DNA of 64,000 bases, taken from positions 1,696,001-1,760,000 of the forward strand of contig CBDIID010000003.1 in the NCBI GenBank assembly GCA_965279515.1, given 5' to 3'. Within the stretch, counting starts at the first letter, position 1. Each line of letters opens with the position of its first letter. The position numbers were made by a program, and so were the translations under genes. Positions 1 through 8,801 of the stretch are shown piece by piece. The notes under the pieces are model-generated. The model was not told where the DNA came from. It saw only the letters and a list, made by a program, of their open reading frames with translations, and made no database searches. The DNA comes from Turneriella sp. (GTDB lineage Bacteria; Spirochaetota; Leptospiria; Turneriellales; Turneriellaceae).

Positions 1-258
1 GGCAAACGCGGCAATTTCCGCATCGGCTTTTTTCAATTCATTGTGCAGAGTCAGAAGCTCGGGATCGAGCTCCCGGAAACGCGCGGTCAGCCCGTCAATT
101 TCCGGTTTTTTATCGGCGGCAAAAAACAAGAACTCGTAATCTCCCGGCCCCGTCAGCGGATCCGCAGTCAGCGGTTCTGCCCCGATTTGGGCGGGATAAA
201 CCATCACCCAAAACGCCAACATGGTCATCGTTCCTGAAATTCTCTTTAATAAAGACAT
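1..258 (-). CDS. hypothetical exported protein, 5' part only (runs off window start)
   Basis: Read manually: ATG at 258, open frame MSLLKRISGTMTMLAFWVMVYPAQIGAEPLTADP... to position 1; signal-peptide-like N-terminus; absent from ORF track because it has no stop in the window. Confidence 0.7.
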   Translation of the reverse strand, partial: MSLLKRISGTMTMLAFWVMVYPAQIGAEPLTADPLTGPGDYEFLFFAADKKPEIDGLTARFRELDPELLTLHNELKKADAEIAAFA

Positions 259-429
259 AAACACGGGAATAAAGCGTAAGTTACAGAGTGCTACCTGCGT
301 CAAGCAATAGCATAAGACGGATTTTCCCCGTGTTTCGCGACACAATTTCAGAACGGCCTGCCTGAACACCGATACTGTTAAGACGAATACCCGGAACGGC
401 AGAGTGCTTTCCCGGGTCTGTAAAAGACA

Positions 430-1686
430 ATGCGTTCCCTGATCCTGTTAATACTAACTGTACCTTTAGCCGCCGAAACCGTGACGCTCGATTTTGCGAC
501 CGCGCTGAAGAATATGACAGCAAATAACCGGGATATCCTCGCCGCGCGCAAGAACATGCAGACAGCGCAATACAATTACCGTGGCGCCTATGCGGGCTTT
601 CTACCCCAGCTGACCGCGGGTGTGAATTATACCCAGGGCAACTCGGCGACCACCGCGCAGCTCGCGGGCCAGAGCACAACATACCAGTTATACTCGGCTT
701 CGCTGGGTGTCAGCCAAAGCATCTTCTCAGGCCTTTCCGATTATTACAAGGTCAAGGGCGCCCGGGCCAGCGCCGAACTTTCCGAAGCCAATTTTTCCCT
801 GGCGGCGGCCAAGGCCGTCTACGAACTTAAATCCGCCTGGGCCCTGCTCTCGCTTGCCCGGCGTCAGCATGAGCTTGCGCTCGAAACACAGAAGCGACGG
901 CAAGACAACATGAAGATGATCGAACTGCGTTTCAACAGCGGTTCGGAAAATAAAGGCTCGCTTCTGCTGGCGCAATCATACCGTGCGCAGGCCGACCGCG
1001 ACGTGAACCAGTCGCTGAGGCAGCGGACCAACTCTGAAACCGAACTCAAGCGCGTTCTGAACCTGCCACAGGAAACCGAAGTGCTCATCAGCGGCAGCCC
1101 TGAGCTCAAATTGCCGCCCGAGTCTTTTACGCTGGGTGAAGCGGCAAAGAAGACTCCCGAATACCGGCAGGCCGTTGCCCAGGAACTCAATGCCGAAGCA
1201 ACGGCAGACCAATCGATCTCACCGTTTTTCCCGACCTTAAACGCATCGGGCAGTTTATTCCGCCAGGGAGCAGATTTTTTTCCGCAAGGCGACCGCTGGT
1301 CGGTCAACGTCGGTGTCTCGTACCCGCTTTTCTCTGGTGGCAAGGATTATTATGCCATGAAGGCCAATAACAGTGCCTTCGAAGCGGCCAAGCGCAACCG
1401 TGAGAGTGTGGAAACGCAGCGGGTTTCAAAATTGCAGCAGTCTCTGCAGAGTTACCGTGCGGCAGTGGAAAACGCCAAGGTGAGTGAATCTCTGCTCGCC
1501 GCCTCGACTGTCAGGGCACAGATCGCACGCGTGAAATATATGAGCGGCCTGCTTTCGTTCGACCAGTGGGATATCATCGAGAACGAGCTGATCAGCCGGC
1601 AAAAAGATGTTTTGCAGACCCGCTACGATCTGGAAGTTGCACAGGCTACCTGGGAACAGGTTTTAGGTGAAGGACCCGCAAATTGA
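430..1686 (+). CDS. TolC-family outer membrane efflux protein
   Basis: Signal peptide, two OEP-like repeats (FLPQLT, FFPTLN, YPLFSGG); first gene of operon with MacA/MacB. Confidence 0.9.
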   Translation: MRSLILLILTVPLAAETVTLDFATALKNMTANNRDILAARKNMQTAQYNYRGAYAGFLPQLTAGVNYTQGNSATTAQLAGQSTTYQLYSASLGVSQSIFSGLSDYYKVKGARASAELSEANFSLAAAKAVYELKSAWALLSLARRQHELALETQKRRQDNMKMIELRFNSGSENKGSLLLAQSYRAQADRDVNQSLRQRTNSETELKRVLNLPQETEVLISGSPELKLPPESFTLGEAAKKTPEYRQAVAQELNAEATADQSISPFFPTLNASGSLFRQGADFFPQGDRWSVNVGVSYPLFSGGKDYYAMKANNSAFEAAKRNRESVETQRVSKLQQSLQSYRAAVENAKVSESLLAASTVRAQIARVKYMSGLLSFDQWDIIENELISRQKDVLQTRYDLEVAQATWEQVLGEGPAN

Positions 1687-2648
1687 AACGCTACCTCATT
1701 ATTGGCCTCGTCGTTATGGGCGTTGGCACCGCGATCTATTTCATTTTCGGGAAAAGCAAAAAAAGTGAAACTGCTTACAGCGAAGTTAGTCCAAAGCGTA
1801 CTGACCTGAGAATCACCGTGACGAGTACGGGCACCGTCACTCCTGAAGGACGCATCGAAATGAAGCCTCCCGTGCCGGGCCGTATTGAAAGCGTGCGTGT
1901 CAAAGAAGGACAGAAGGTGGGCCGCGGCCAGATTCTCGCCTGGATGAGCTCGACCGAACGTGCCGCCCTGCTCGATTCGGCGCGGGCCGTCAGCGCCGAC
2001 GAGTATAAGCGTTTCCAGGAATATTATAAAGCCACACCGATCATGGCGCCGGTTTCAGGAACCATCATTCTCAGAAACGCCGAGCCCGGCCAGACCGTGG
2101 CTGCTGCCGATGTCCTGCTGGTGATATCTGACCGGCTGCAGGTTGTCGCCAAAGTCGACGAAACTGACATTGCGCGCCTGAAGCCCGGCGTGCCCGCGGA
2201 AATCATTCTCGATGCGTATCCCAAAGAATCGGTCGAGGCCAAGGTCAGCGCCATCGCCTTTGAAGCGAAGACAGTGAACAACGTCACGACTTATGATGTC
2301 GAAACGCTGCCGACGAAACAACCCGAATTTATGCGCAGCGGCATGACTGCCAACGTCACGTTCATCCTCAAAGAACGTGAGGATATCCTCACGCTTCCCC
2401 TCGCGGCGATCCAGTTCAAAAAAGAATCGCCGTTCGTACTGGTCAAAGACCCGAGCGGCAAGCCGGTCGAGGCACTGATTGAGATCGGCGAATCGGACGG
2501 CGGTAATACCGAAATCATTTCCGGCATCGATGAAAAATCCATCGTGCTGATACCGCGTGTGCAGATGCAGTCAAAGCAGGGCACAAATCCGTTTATGCCA
2601 ACGCGCGGCGGCAAATCGGGTTCGGGCGGTAAAAACCGCGCGCACTAA
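1683..2648 (+). CDS. macA: efflux periplasmic adaptor (membrane fusion protein)
   Basis: N-terminal TM, GRIESVRVKEGQKV and IMAPVSG lipoyl-like halves, VDETDI, MRSGMTANV; TTG start overlaps previous stop. Confidence 0.85.
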   Translation: MKRYLIIGLVVMGVGTAIYFIFGKSKKSETAYSEVSPKRTDLRITVTSTGTVTPEGRIEMKPPVPGRIESVRVKEGQKVGRGQILAWMSSTERAALLDSARAVSADEYKRFQEYYKATPIMAPVSGTIILRNAEPGQTVAAADVLLVISDRLQVVAKVDETDIARLKPGVPAEIILDAYPKESVEAKVSAIAFEAKTVNNVTTYDVETLPTKQPEFMRSGMTANVTFILKEREDILTLPLAAIQFKKESPFVLVKDPSGKPVEALIEIGESDGGNTEIISGIDEKSIVLIPRVQMQSKQGTNPFMPTRGGKSGSGGKNRAH

Positions 2649-4600
2649 TGATTGAAATCTCGAATCTGAGTAAAATCTACACTATGGGCGGTGAATCCGT
2701 CTTTGCCCTAAACGACGTCTCAGTATCGATCGCGCCTGATGAGTTCGTCGCGATCATGGGGCGTTCAGGCTCTGGTAAGTCGACGCTGCTACAGATTCTC
2801 GGCCTGCTCGATACACCGACGAAGGGCAGTTACCGCCTGTTCGGCAAAGAGGTCTCAAACCTCAGCGAAGACGAACTCGCGGTCTACCGCCGGCAAACAC
2901 TCGGATTTATTTTCCAGCAGTTTCATCTTTTGCCGCGCCTCGAGGCCGTGGAGAATGTGGCGATGCCCCTGCTCTATTCGGGTCTCACGAATCTGCCAGA
3001 ATCGCCGTCGCGCCTGCTGGCAGACGTGAACCTCAGCGATCGTGCGCACCACCGGCCCTCAGAGATGTCGGGTGGACAGCAGCAGCGCGTGGCGATCGCC
3101 CGCTCGCTCGTCAACAATCCGAAGATACTGCTCGCCGACGAACCCACCGGAAACCTCGACACAGCTTCACAGCGCGATATCCTGACACTGCTCCGCGATA
3201 TGCATGCAGGAGGCCTCGGGGTCATTGTCGTCACACATGATGAAGAGGTCGCGGCTGAAACCAATCGCACCATCAAAATGCAGGATGGCAAAATTGTCTC
3301 GGACAAGGGCAAAAAAAAATCCGTAATCAAACCATTGGTGACGGGCCTTTCGGCAGCACACCCGGGCCACAAGAATGGCCTCACGTATTTCATCGAACAT
3401 TTACGCGAGGGCTACCGCGCAGTGCTGGCGAACAAGCTACGCAGTGCGTTGTCGATGCTGGGTATCATGATTGGCGTCGCCTCGGTGATTGCGATGCTCG
3501 CTCTCGGGCGCGGCGCTCAGGAAGCGATTGAATCACAGCTCAAAAGCCTCGGCGCCAATGTGATGGTGGTGCGCCCCGGCGCAAGCCGTGTCGGCGGTGT
3601 TGCCCAGGAAACCGGCAGCCCCGCGCGCATCACCTTCGAAGACGTCGCCTGGATACGCGACCGCGTGCCGGGCATCAAGGGTGTTTCGGGCAATGTCACG
3701 GGACGCGCACAGGTTTCTTACGGCAACAAAAACTGGAACTCACAGGTGCAGGGCTCGAGTGTCGAATACGCGAACATCCGCACGGCGATGCCGTTTATCG
3801 GCCGCATGTATACCGAGAAGGAAGACCATGCGCGCGGCCGCGTGGCGCTGCTGGGGCTCACCGTCGTGCGGGAGCTCTATGGTAGTGAAAATCCGATCGG
3901 CTCTTTTATCAAAGTGAATAAAGTGAATTTCCAGGTCATCGGCGTCATGCCCGAAAAAGGCGGCACGGGTTTCCGCGACCAGGACGATATTGTCGTGATT
4001 CCCCTGCAGACGGCGATGCACCGGCTTCTCGGCAAGGTCTACATCGATTCGCTCGACATCGAGGGCGATGGCAAGGTCAACCTCGACGATTTGGGTGACG
4101 CGGTCAAAAGGGGGATGTATTCACGGCACCGCATTCCGGTTTCGATGCAGGAAGATGCATACCAGATACAGAACCTGGCGGACATTCGCGCTGCAGTCTC
4201 TTCGACTTCGTCGACGATGTCTGCGCTATTGGCATCGATCGCCGCCGTTTCCCTCCTCGTCGGGGGTATCGGCATCATGAACATCATGCTCGTCTCCGTC
4301 ACTGAGCGCACCAGAGAAATCGGTCTTAGAAAAGCCGTGGGCGCGCGGCGACGGGATATCCTATTCCAGTTTCTCATCGAGACACTGGCCGTGAGTATTT
4401 CAGGCGGTGCGCTGGGGCTCATACTGGGCGTGCTGATTTCCCTCGCGATGTCATCGCTTGCGGGTTGGTCGACGTCGATCAGTTCTTTCTCGATTATTCT
4501 TTCCGTGTTCTTTTCTGTATTCACCGGCCTCGTCTTCGGCATCTATCCTGCGCGCAAAGCGGCCGGCCTCAACCCAATCGAAGCGCTGCGGCATGAGTAA
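2648..4600 (+). CDS. macB: MacB-type ABC transporter, fused ATPase and permease
   Basis: Walker A GRSGSGKST, signature MSGGQQQR, LLADEPTGNLD, GGIGIMNIMLVSVTERTREIG, NPIEALR. Confidence 0.95.
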   Translation: MIEISNLSKIYTMGGESVFALNDVSVSIAPDEFVAIMGRSGSGKSTLLQILGLLDTPTKGSYRLFGKEVSNLSEDELAVYRRQTLGFIFQQFHLLPRLEAVENVAMPLLYSGLTNLPESPSRLLADVNLSDRAHHRPSEMSGGQQQRVAIARSLVNNPKILLADEPTGNLDTASQRDILTLLRDMHAGGLGVIVVTHDEEVAAETNRTIKMQDGKIVSDKGKKKSVIKPLVTGLSAAHPGHKNGLTYFIEHLREGYRAVLANKLRSALSMLGIMIGVASVIAMLALGRGAQEAIESQLKSLGANVMVVRPGASRVGGVAQETGSPARITFEDVAWIRDRVPGIKGVSGNVTGRAQVSYGNKNWNSQVQGSSVEYANIRTAMPFIGRMYTEKEDHARGRVALLGLTVVRELYGSENPIGSFIKVNKVNFQVIGVMPEKGGTGFRDQDDIVVIPLQTAMHRLLGKVYIDSLDIEGDGKVNLDDLGDAVKRGMYSRHRIPVSMQEDAYQIQNLADIRAAVSSTSSTMSALLASIAAVSLLVGGIGIMNIMLVSVTERTREIGLRKAVGARRRDILFQFLIETLAVSISGGALGLILGVLISLAMSSLAGWSTSISSFSIILSVFFSVFTGLVFGIYPARKAAGLNPIEALRHE

Positions 4601-5948
4601 CCTGATGGCTAGCCGTTCCAGCAAAGATGTTGTAGTGATCGGTGCTGGTTTTGCCGGCCTCACAGCGGCACGCACGCTCGAAGCGCAAGGTCTCAGCGTG
4701 CAGGTCATCGAAGCACGCGAGCGTGTCGGCGGGCGTTCGCGGCCCGGCAAACTCAACGGCCGTATTGTCGATACCGGCGGGCAATGGGTGGGTGTCGGTC
4801 ACAACCGCCTGACGCAACTGGTGCACGAAGCGGGCGCAACCCTGGTGCCACAGTACGGCGAAGGCAAGAAGCTGGTGCAGATTGCGGGAAAGGTTCGCAG
4901 CTACAAGGGACTCATTCCACCTGTATCGCCCCTGGCGCTCGTTGAAATGCAACTGGCACTGTGGCGCCTGCGCAGTTTACAGAAAAAAGTGGATCCGGTC
5001 GCTCCCTGGAGCTCCTCCCTGGCCGGGCTTGATGCACAGACGGCCGCAGACTGGCAGCGCCGCTGGCTGCGCTCAACGGGTGCGCAGGCGTTATTCGACA
5101 TCGGCGTGCGCGCTGTTTTCTGCGCGCGGCCCGGACAGTTATCCATGCTGCATTTTCTGAGTTACCTGAGCGCGAACGATTCTTTCGACTACCTGGTCTC
5201 AGCCGAGGGCGGGGCGCAAGCCGCGGTTGTCAAAGGCGGCATGCACCAGCTCAGCATCTACCTGGCAAAGCAGTTGCGGCGACCCGTGCTGTTGAATGCT
5301 CCTGTACTTCGCCTTAAACAAAATGCCGGCAGCATTACGGTCACGCACGCAAAAGGAGAGCTGCGCGCGGCGCGCGCCATCATCGCCATGGCCCCGTCGA
5401 TGGCGCGCAAGATTGCGGGTGATGCCGCTTCAACCGCCCGCCTGCGTCTGGGCGAACGCATGCCGATGGGCTCCGTCATCAAATGCCTCATCGCCTACAA
5501 GAAGCCCTTCTGGCGGCAGCAAGGTTTTACCGGAGAATTCGTCAGCGACAGCGCTGCTTTCTCGCCGATCTTTGACGCCTCGCCGGAAGATGGCTCATGC
5601 GGTATTCTCGTCGGTTTCTTCGACGGTCCCGAAGCGGTACGTTATTCCTCAGACCCTGCGGGTCGTCGCGCCGCAGTGATTGCTGCGGTCGTTGCCGCAT
5701 TCGGGGCCGAAGGAGAGCATCCCACAGATTATGTGGATCACGACTGGATTACCGACCCTTACAGTGAGGGCTGTTATGTGGGTCTACCTGCCCCGGGTGC
5801 GCTGACAGAGCTCGGCTATGCACTGCGTCAGCCGTATGGCCGGGTGCACTTTGCGGGCACGGAGACGGCTTCGGCATGGATCGGTTATATCGAAGGCGCA
5901 ATTGAATCGGGCGAGCGCGTCGCGCAGGAAGTTGCCGCGGCATGCTGA
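4593..5948 (+). CDS. flavin monoamine oxidase family protein
   Basis: GAGFAG FAD motif, EARERVGGR, DTGGQW, SEGCY, FAGTET, GYIEGA; start moved to ATG 4593 overlapping macB stop (ATG 4605 also possible). Confidence 0.9.
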   Translation: MSNLMASRSSKDVVVIGAGFAGLTAARTLEAQGLSVQVIEARERVGGRSRPGKLNGRIVDTGGQWVGVGHNRLTQLVHEAGATLVPQYGEGKKLVQIAGKVRSYKGLIPPVSPLALVEMQLALWRLRSLQKKVDPVAPWSSSLAGLDAQTAADWQRRWLRSTGAQALFDIGVRAVFCARPGQLSMLHFLSYLSANDSFDYLVSAEGGAQAAVVKGGMHQLSIYLAKQLRRPVLLNAPVLRLKQNAGSITVTHAKGELRAARAIIAMAPSMARKIAGDAASTARLRLGERMPMGSVIKCLIAYKKPFWRQQGFTGEFVSDSAAFSPIFDASPEDGSCGILVGFFDGPEAVRYSSDPAGRRAAVIAAVVAAFGAEGEHPTDYVDHDWITDPYSEGCYVGLPAPGALTELGYALRQPYGRVHFAGTETASAWIGYIEGAIESGERVAQEVAAAC

Positions 5949-6109
5949 TTTTGGCAGGTTCGCAGATTGAAGAACTGCTTATTTGGAAAGCAAACTACCG
6001 CACGACGCAGAGCGATGAGCGCGATGTCATTATGCTGGCTGAAGATAAACTGGGCGGGCCGGGCGAGTACGGCCTGAAACCATTCGTGTTTGATTCGCTG
6101 CCCGATTGA
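5942..6109 (+). CDS. 55-aa small ORF or gene remnant
   Basis: ATG overlaps the oxidase stop; MLILAGSQIEELLIWKANYRTTQSDERDVIMLAEDKLGGPGEYGLKPFVFDSLPD; below ORF-track cutoff. Confidence 0.3.
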   Translation: MLILAGSQIEELLIWKANYRTTQSDERDVIMLAEDKLGGPGEYGLKPFVFDSLPD

Positions 6110-6232
6110 GAACAGGGCTTGATGTGGCGGTAAACCCCGAAGCGCAGACGATATTTAATGGCTCCCGGGGAACGCCATTCTCTCACTGCCAAACGGACTT
6201 TACACCTGACACATCTGACGTTCGGTAGATTC

Positions 6233-7132
6233 ATGAAACCCGAAGAATGGGAAAAGCTCGGTTCGTATCTAACAATACAAAATCGCAGAATATTTGTCTA
6301 TGATTCGGGAGGGAGCAAGCAGGCCATCTGTATTCTCCATGGATACCCGACTTCATCTTTGGACTATCATAAAGTGCTCCCCGTATTAGAGAAAAAATAC
6401 CGCGTCATTGTACACGATCACTTAGGCTTTGGATTTTCAGACAAGCCGCAAGATTATTCATACTCGCTCATCGAACAGGCCGATATGGCGCTCCTGCTTT
6501 GGCAGCAACTCAGAATCAAGTCTGCACACCTTGTCGCTCATGACTACGGAACAAGTGTGGCCACTGAAATTATTGCCCGCAGGAATATCGGCACAGAACC
6601 CATCAAGCTACTGTCCCTGACTCTCTGCAATGGCAGCGTTCATATTGAGCTCGCAAAACTGCGGATCATACAAAAGTTGCTGCGCAACAAGTTGATCGGA
6701 CCGCTCGTGGCAAGACTTAGCAGCAAGAGAGTATTTGCGCAAAATATGAAACAATTATGGCATGATAAATCAAAACTCACGCATGAAGAACTGGATGCCA
6801 TGTGGACAATGCTCATCCACAATAACGGAAAGGCTGTGCTCGCGAAAATAACCCAGTACCTTCGCGATCGGGTTACTTTCTGGCACAGGTGGGTAGGCGG
6901 CCTGGTAAAGACGGATATCCGTACAAATATACTTTGGGGTGAAAGTGATCCCATTACCGGGGCAGATGTGGCAAAAGTGCATCACCGTGAAATGCGGAAC
7001 AGCCAGCTCCTCTTACTGGAAAAAGTCGGGCATTATCCGATGCTGGAAGCCCCTGAAAAGTGGGCACAGCTGTTATTGTCGGCATTGAGATCCAGCCCCA
7101 AAACCCCGGATTGGGACAAACCATTTGCTTGA
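6233..7132 (+). CDS. alpha/beta hydrolase (MEST/epoxide hydrolase-like)
   Basis: HGYP, DHLGFGFSDKP, nucleophile AHDYG, WGESD, GHYPMLE. Confidence 0.9.
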   Translation: MKPEEWEKLGSYLTIQNRRIFVYDSGGSKQAICILHGYPTSSLDYHKVLPVLEKKYRVIVHDHLGFGFSDKPQDYSYSLIEQADMALLLWQQLRIKSAHLVAHDYGTSVATEIIARRNIGTEPIKLLSLTLCNGSVHIELAKLRIIQKLLRNKLIGPLVARLSSKRVFAQNMKQLWHDKSKLTHEELDAMWTMLIHNNGKAVLAKITQYLRDRVTFWHRWVGGLVKTDIRTNILWGESDPITGADVAKVHHREMRNSQLLLLEKVGHYPMLEAPEKWAQLLLSALRSSPKTPDWDKPFA

Positions 7133-7280
7133 TACAACGTGAGTGCCATAGATTCTCCGAATCACCTGACAAATCCGATGGCTACACCCTGATCACTTTT
7201 GATATGTTTTCCGGGCGCTCCATCGATGCAACGCGCAATCTGTATTCGGCAATAGTTAATAACCTTTCCAGGTTCGGCAG
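7078..7280 (+). pseudogene. tautomerase-family (4-OT-like) gene remnant, frameshifted and truncated
   Basis: SALRSSPKTPDWDK / TICLIQRECHRFSESPDKSDGYTLITFDMFSGRSIDATRNLYSAIVNNLSRFG is continuous if one A is added to the A-run at about 7118-7120; resembles Tautomerase_2 proteins. Confidence 0.6.
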
Positions 7281-7354
7281 ACTGGCCAAGGAGCTACGGC
7301 ACCGAAGGGAGCGCAGCATGTAAACTTTGTTGTCTACCGTTGTTGCGCTTGAGA

Positions 7355-7374
7355 GCCCGACACGGACGTCGGGC
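7355..7374. repeat. REP-like hairpin GCCCGAC-ACGGAC-GTCGGGC
   Basis: Perfect 7-bp stem, A(N)GGAY loop, GAG just upstream. Confidence 0.6.
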
Positions 7375-7585
7375 GAAAACGGGCGATCTGACAAGAGAGT
7401 AGGTTTTGCGGTTCTATGAGTCATATCCTCCCAGAAATAAGCATACAAGACTGCGCCGACAAAGAAAGTAGCGTTTGAATATTATACACGCTCATAAATA
7501 TCGACGTTGGCAGCACCATTTATGGCTTGTACCTCTAAATGCTTGGTGTAACGGAGAAATTAAGCTGGCGTTATGGAGGGTCAAA

Positions 7586-8098
7586 ATGATTAGATTATTT
7601 AAAATGCCCTATTTGAGGTCTTGGTCAACGCCACTAACCATTGCTTCTTTCATATTGATGTCAGGGACTGGCATAATGATGTTTTTTCAAGGGAACCTCG
7701 GCCTGATAACCGTCGTCCATGAATGGTTTTCCTGGATCTTTCTCCTCGGCTCCACAGGTCATATTGCAGCCAATATCAAGCCATTGTTGAATCATCTGAA
7801 GAGCTATTGGGGGCAAATCAGCGTCGTGCTTTTTACCACGTTTCTCATTTTGTCCTTTTTCTCTTGGGGGATGATCACGGGACCCCAGCTTAAAAAACCC
7901 ATTGAGCAAACCCTGATCAACGCATCATTGACTGCGCTTGCAGGCTTAACAGGAACTACATTGGCTGATTTGTTAGGTAAATTCAAAAAGCAAGGTATCG
8001 ATGCAACTGCGGACCAGTCGATTCGGGAGATCAGTCAGAAAAATGCCGTGGACGAAGATCGCTTACTTGGGATAGTTTTTCTCTCAAATGCAAAATAG
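7586..8098 (+). CDS. DUF4405-like membrane protein (probable heme-b binding)
   Basis: RSWSTPLT...TGIMMFF...HEW...H pattern; GGAGG RBS before ATG 7586. Confidence 0.7.
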   Translation: MIRLFKMPYLRSWSTPLTIASFILMSGTGIMMFFQGNLGLITVVHEWFSWIFLLGSTGHIAANIKPLLNHLKSYWGQISVVLFTTFLILSFFSWGMITGPQLKKPIEQTLINASLTALAGLTGTTLADLLGKFKKQGIDATADQSIREISQKNAVDEDRLLGIVFLSNAK

Positions 8099-8193
8099 AC
8101 CGGAAAAAATTTTGGCGCAAAGAACTTGGTAGCTATATTTAGATATTAAGATCTTACTTTCCACTGCAGGTCGTATGGCAAAAATGCCGTATT

Positions 8194-8682
8194 ATGAATG
8201 CTGCACATTTTCATCTGGCTGTGAACCATTTTCCGGTCATCCTGTTTTTCTTTGGCACGATTGTTCTGATCTTTAGCTTTGCCTTGCCCAATCCATTCTG
8301 GCGAAAAACCGCCTGTTTTGTAGTATTTGCCGCGGCTTTGTCTTCAGTACCTGCATTCCTTACGGGAGAGGGTGCGGAGCACTTCGTCGAAAAATTGGGG
8401 GCCAGTGAGAGTATAATTGGACCCCATGAAAAGACTGCAAAGGTAGCGTTTGCCGGCGGATTGATTTCAGGAGCCGTAGCCGTTTTGACTTGGTTCGTCT
8501 TAATGGCCGGTAACAGGTTCTTGCGCCATGTTTCGTTGTTACTAGGGGTAATATCCATGGTTACTTCCTTAGCGTATTTCTACACCGCTTTTCAAGGCGG
8601 CAAGATCGCTCATAAAGAAATTCGTGAGAATGGGATTCCGCAGAATCTCATCAAACTGAAGAAGTCAGAATCCGATGACTAA
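8194..8682 (+). CDS. DUF2231-like 4-TM membrane protein
   Basis: HLAVNHFP, TGE..E, HE, GG.I.H.EIR conserved His pattern. Confidence 0.65.
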   Translation: MNAAHFHLAVNHFPVILFFFGTIVLIFSFALPNPFWRKTACFVVFAAALSSVPAFLTGEGAEHFVEKLGASESIIGPHEKTAKVAFAGGLISGAVAVLTWFVLMAGNRFLRHVSLLLGVISMVTSLAYFYTAFQGGKIAHKEIRENGIPQNLIKLKKSESDD

Positions 8683-8801
8683 CGGACGCTTCAGCTTTTG
8701 GCTAGAGAAACTTTCTGTAGGACTCGTCCGCCTATCGATAGAGGCCAAATTTGTGTTTGCGGATTGAAACAAATTGGGATTGATTGAATTCGGCATCTAT
8801 A

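Noticed and set aside
7436..7462. Third sigma-28 promoter (GCCGACAA at 7455)
   Set aside because: Nearest TAAG is 13 nt away rather than 15 and the downstream gene is not motility-related
8676..8760. Integron attC site after the DUF2231-like gene (GACTAAC at the stop)
   Set aside because: No matching GTTRRRY end or paired L boxes, and no integrase
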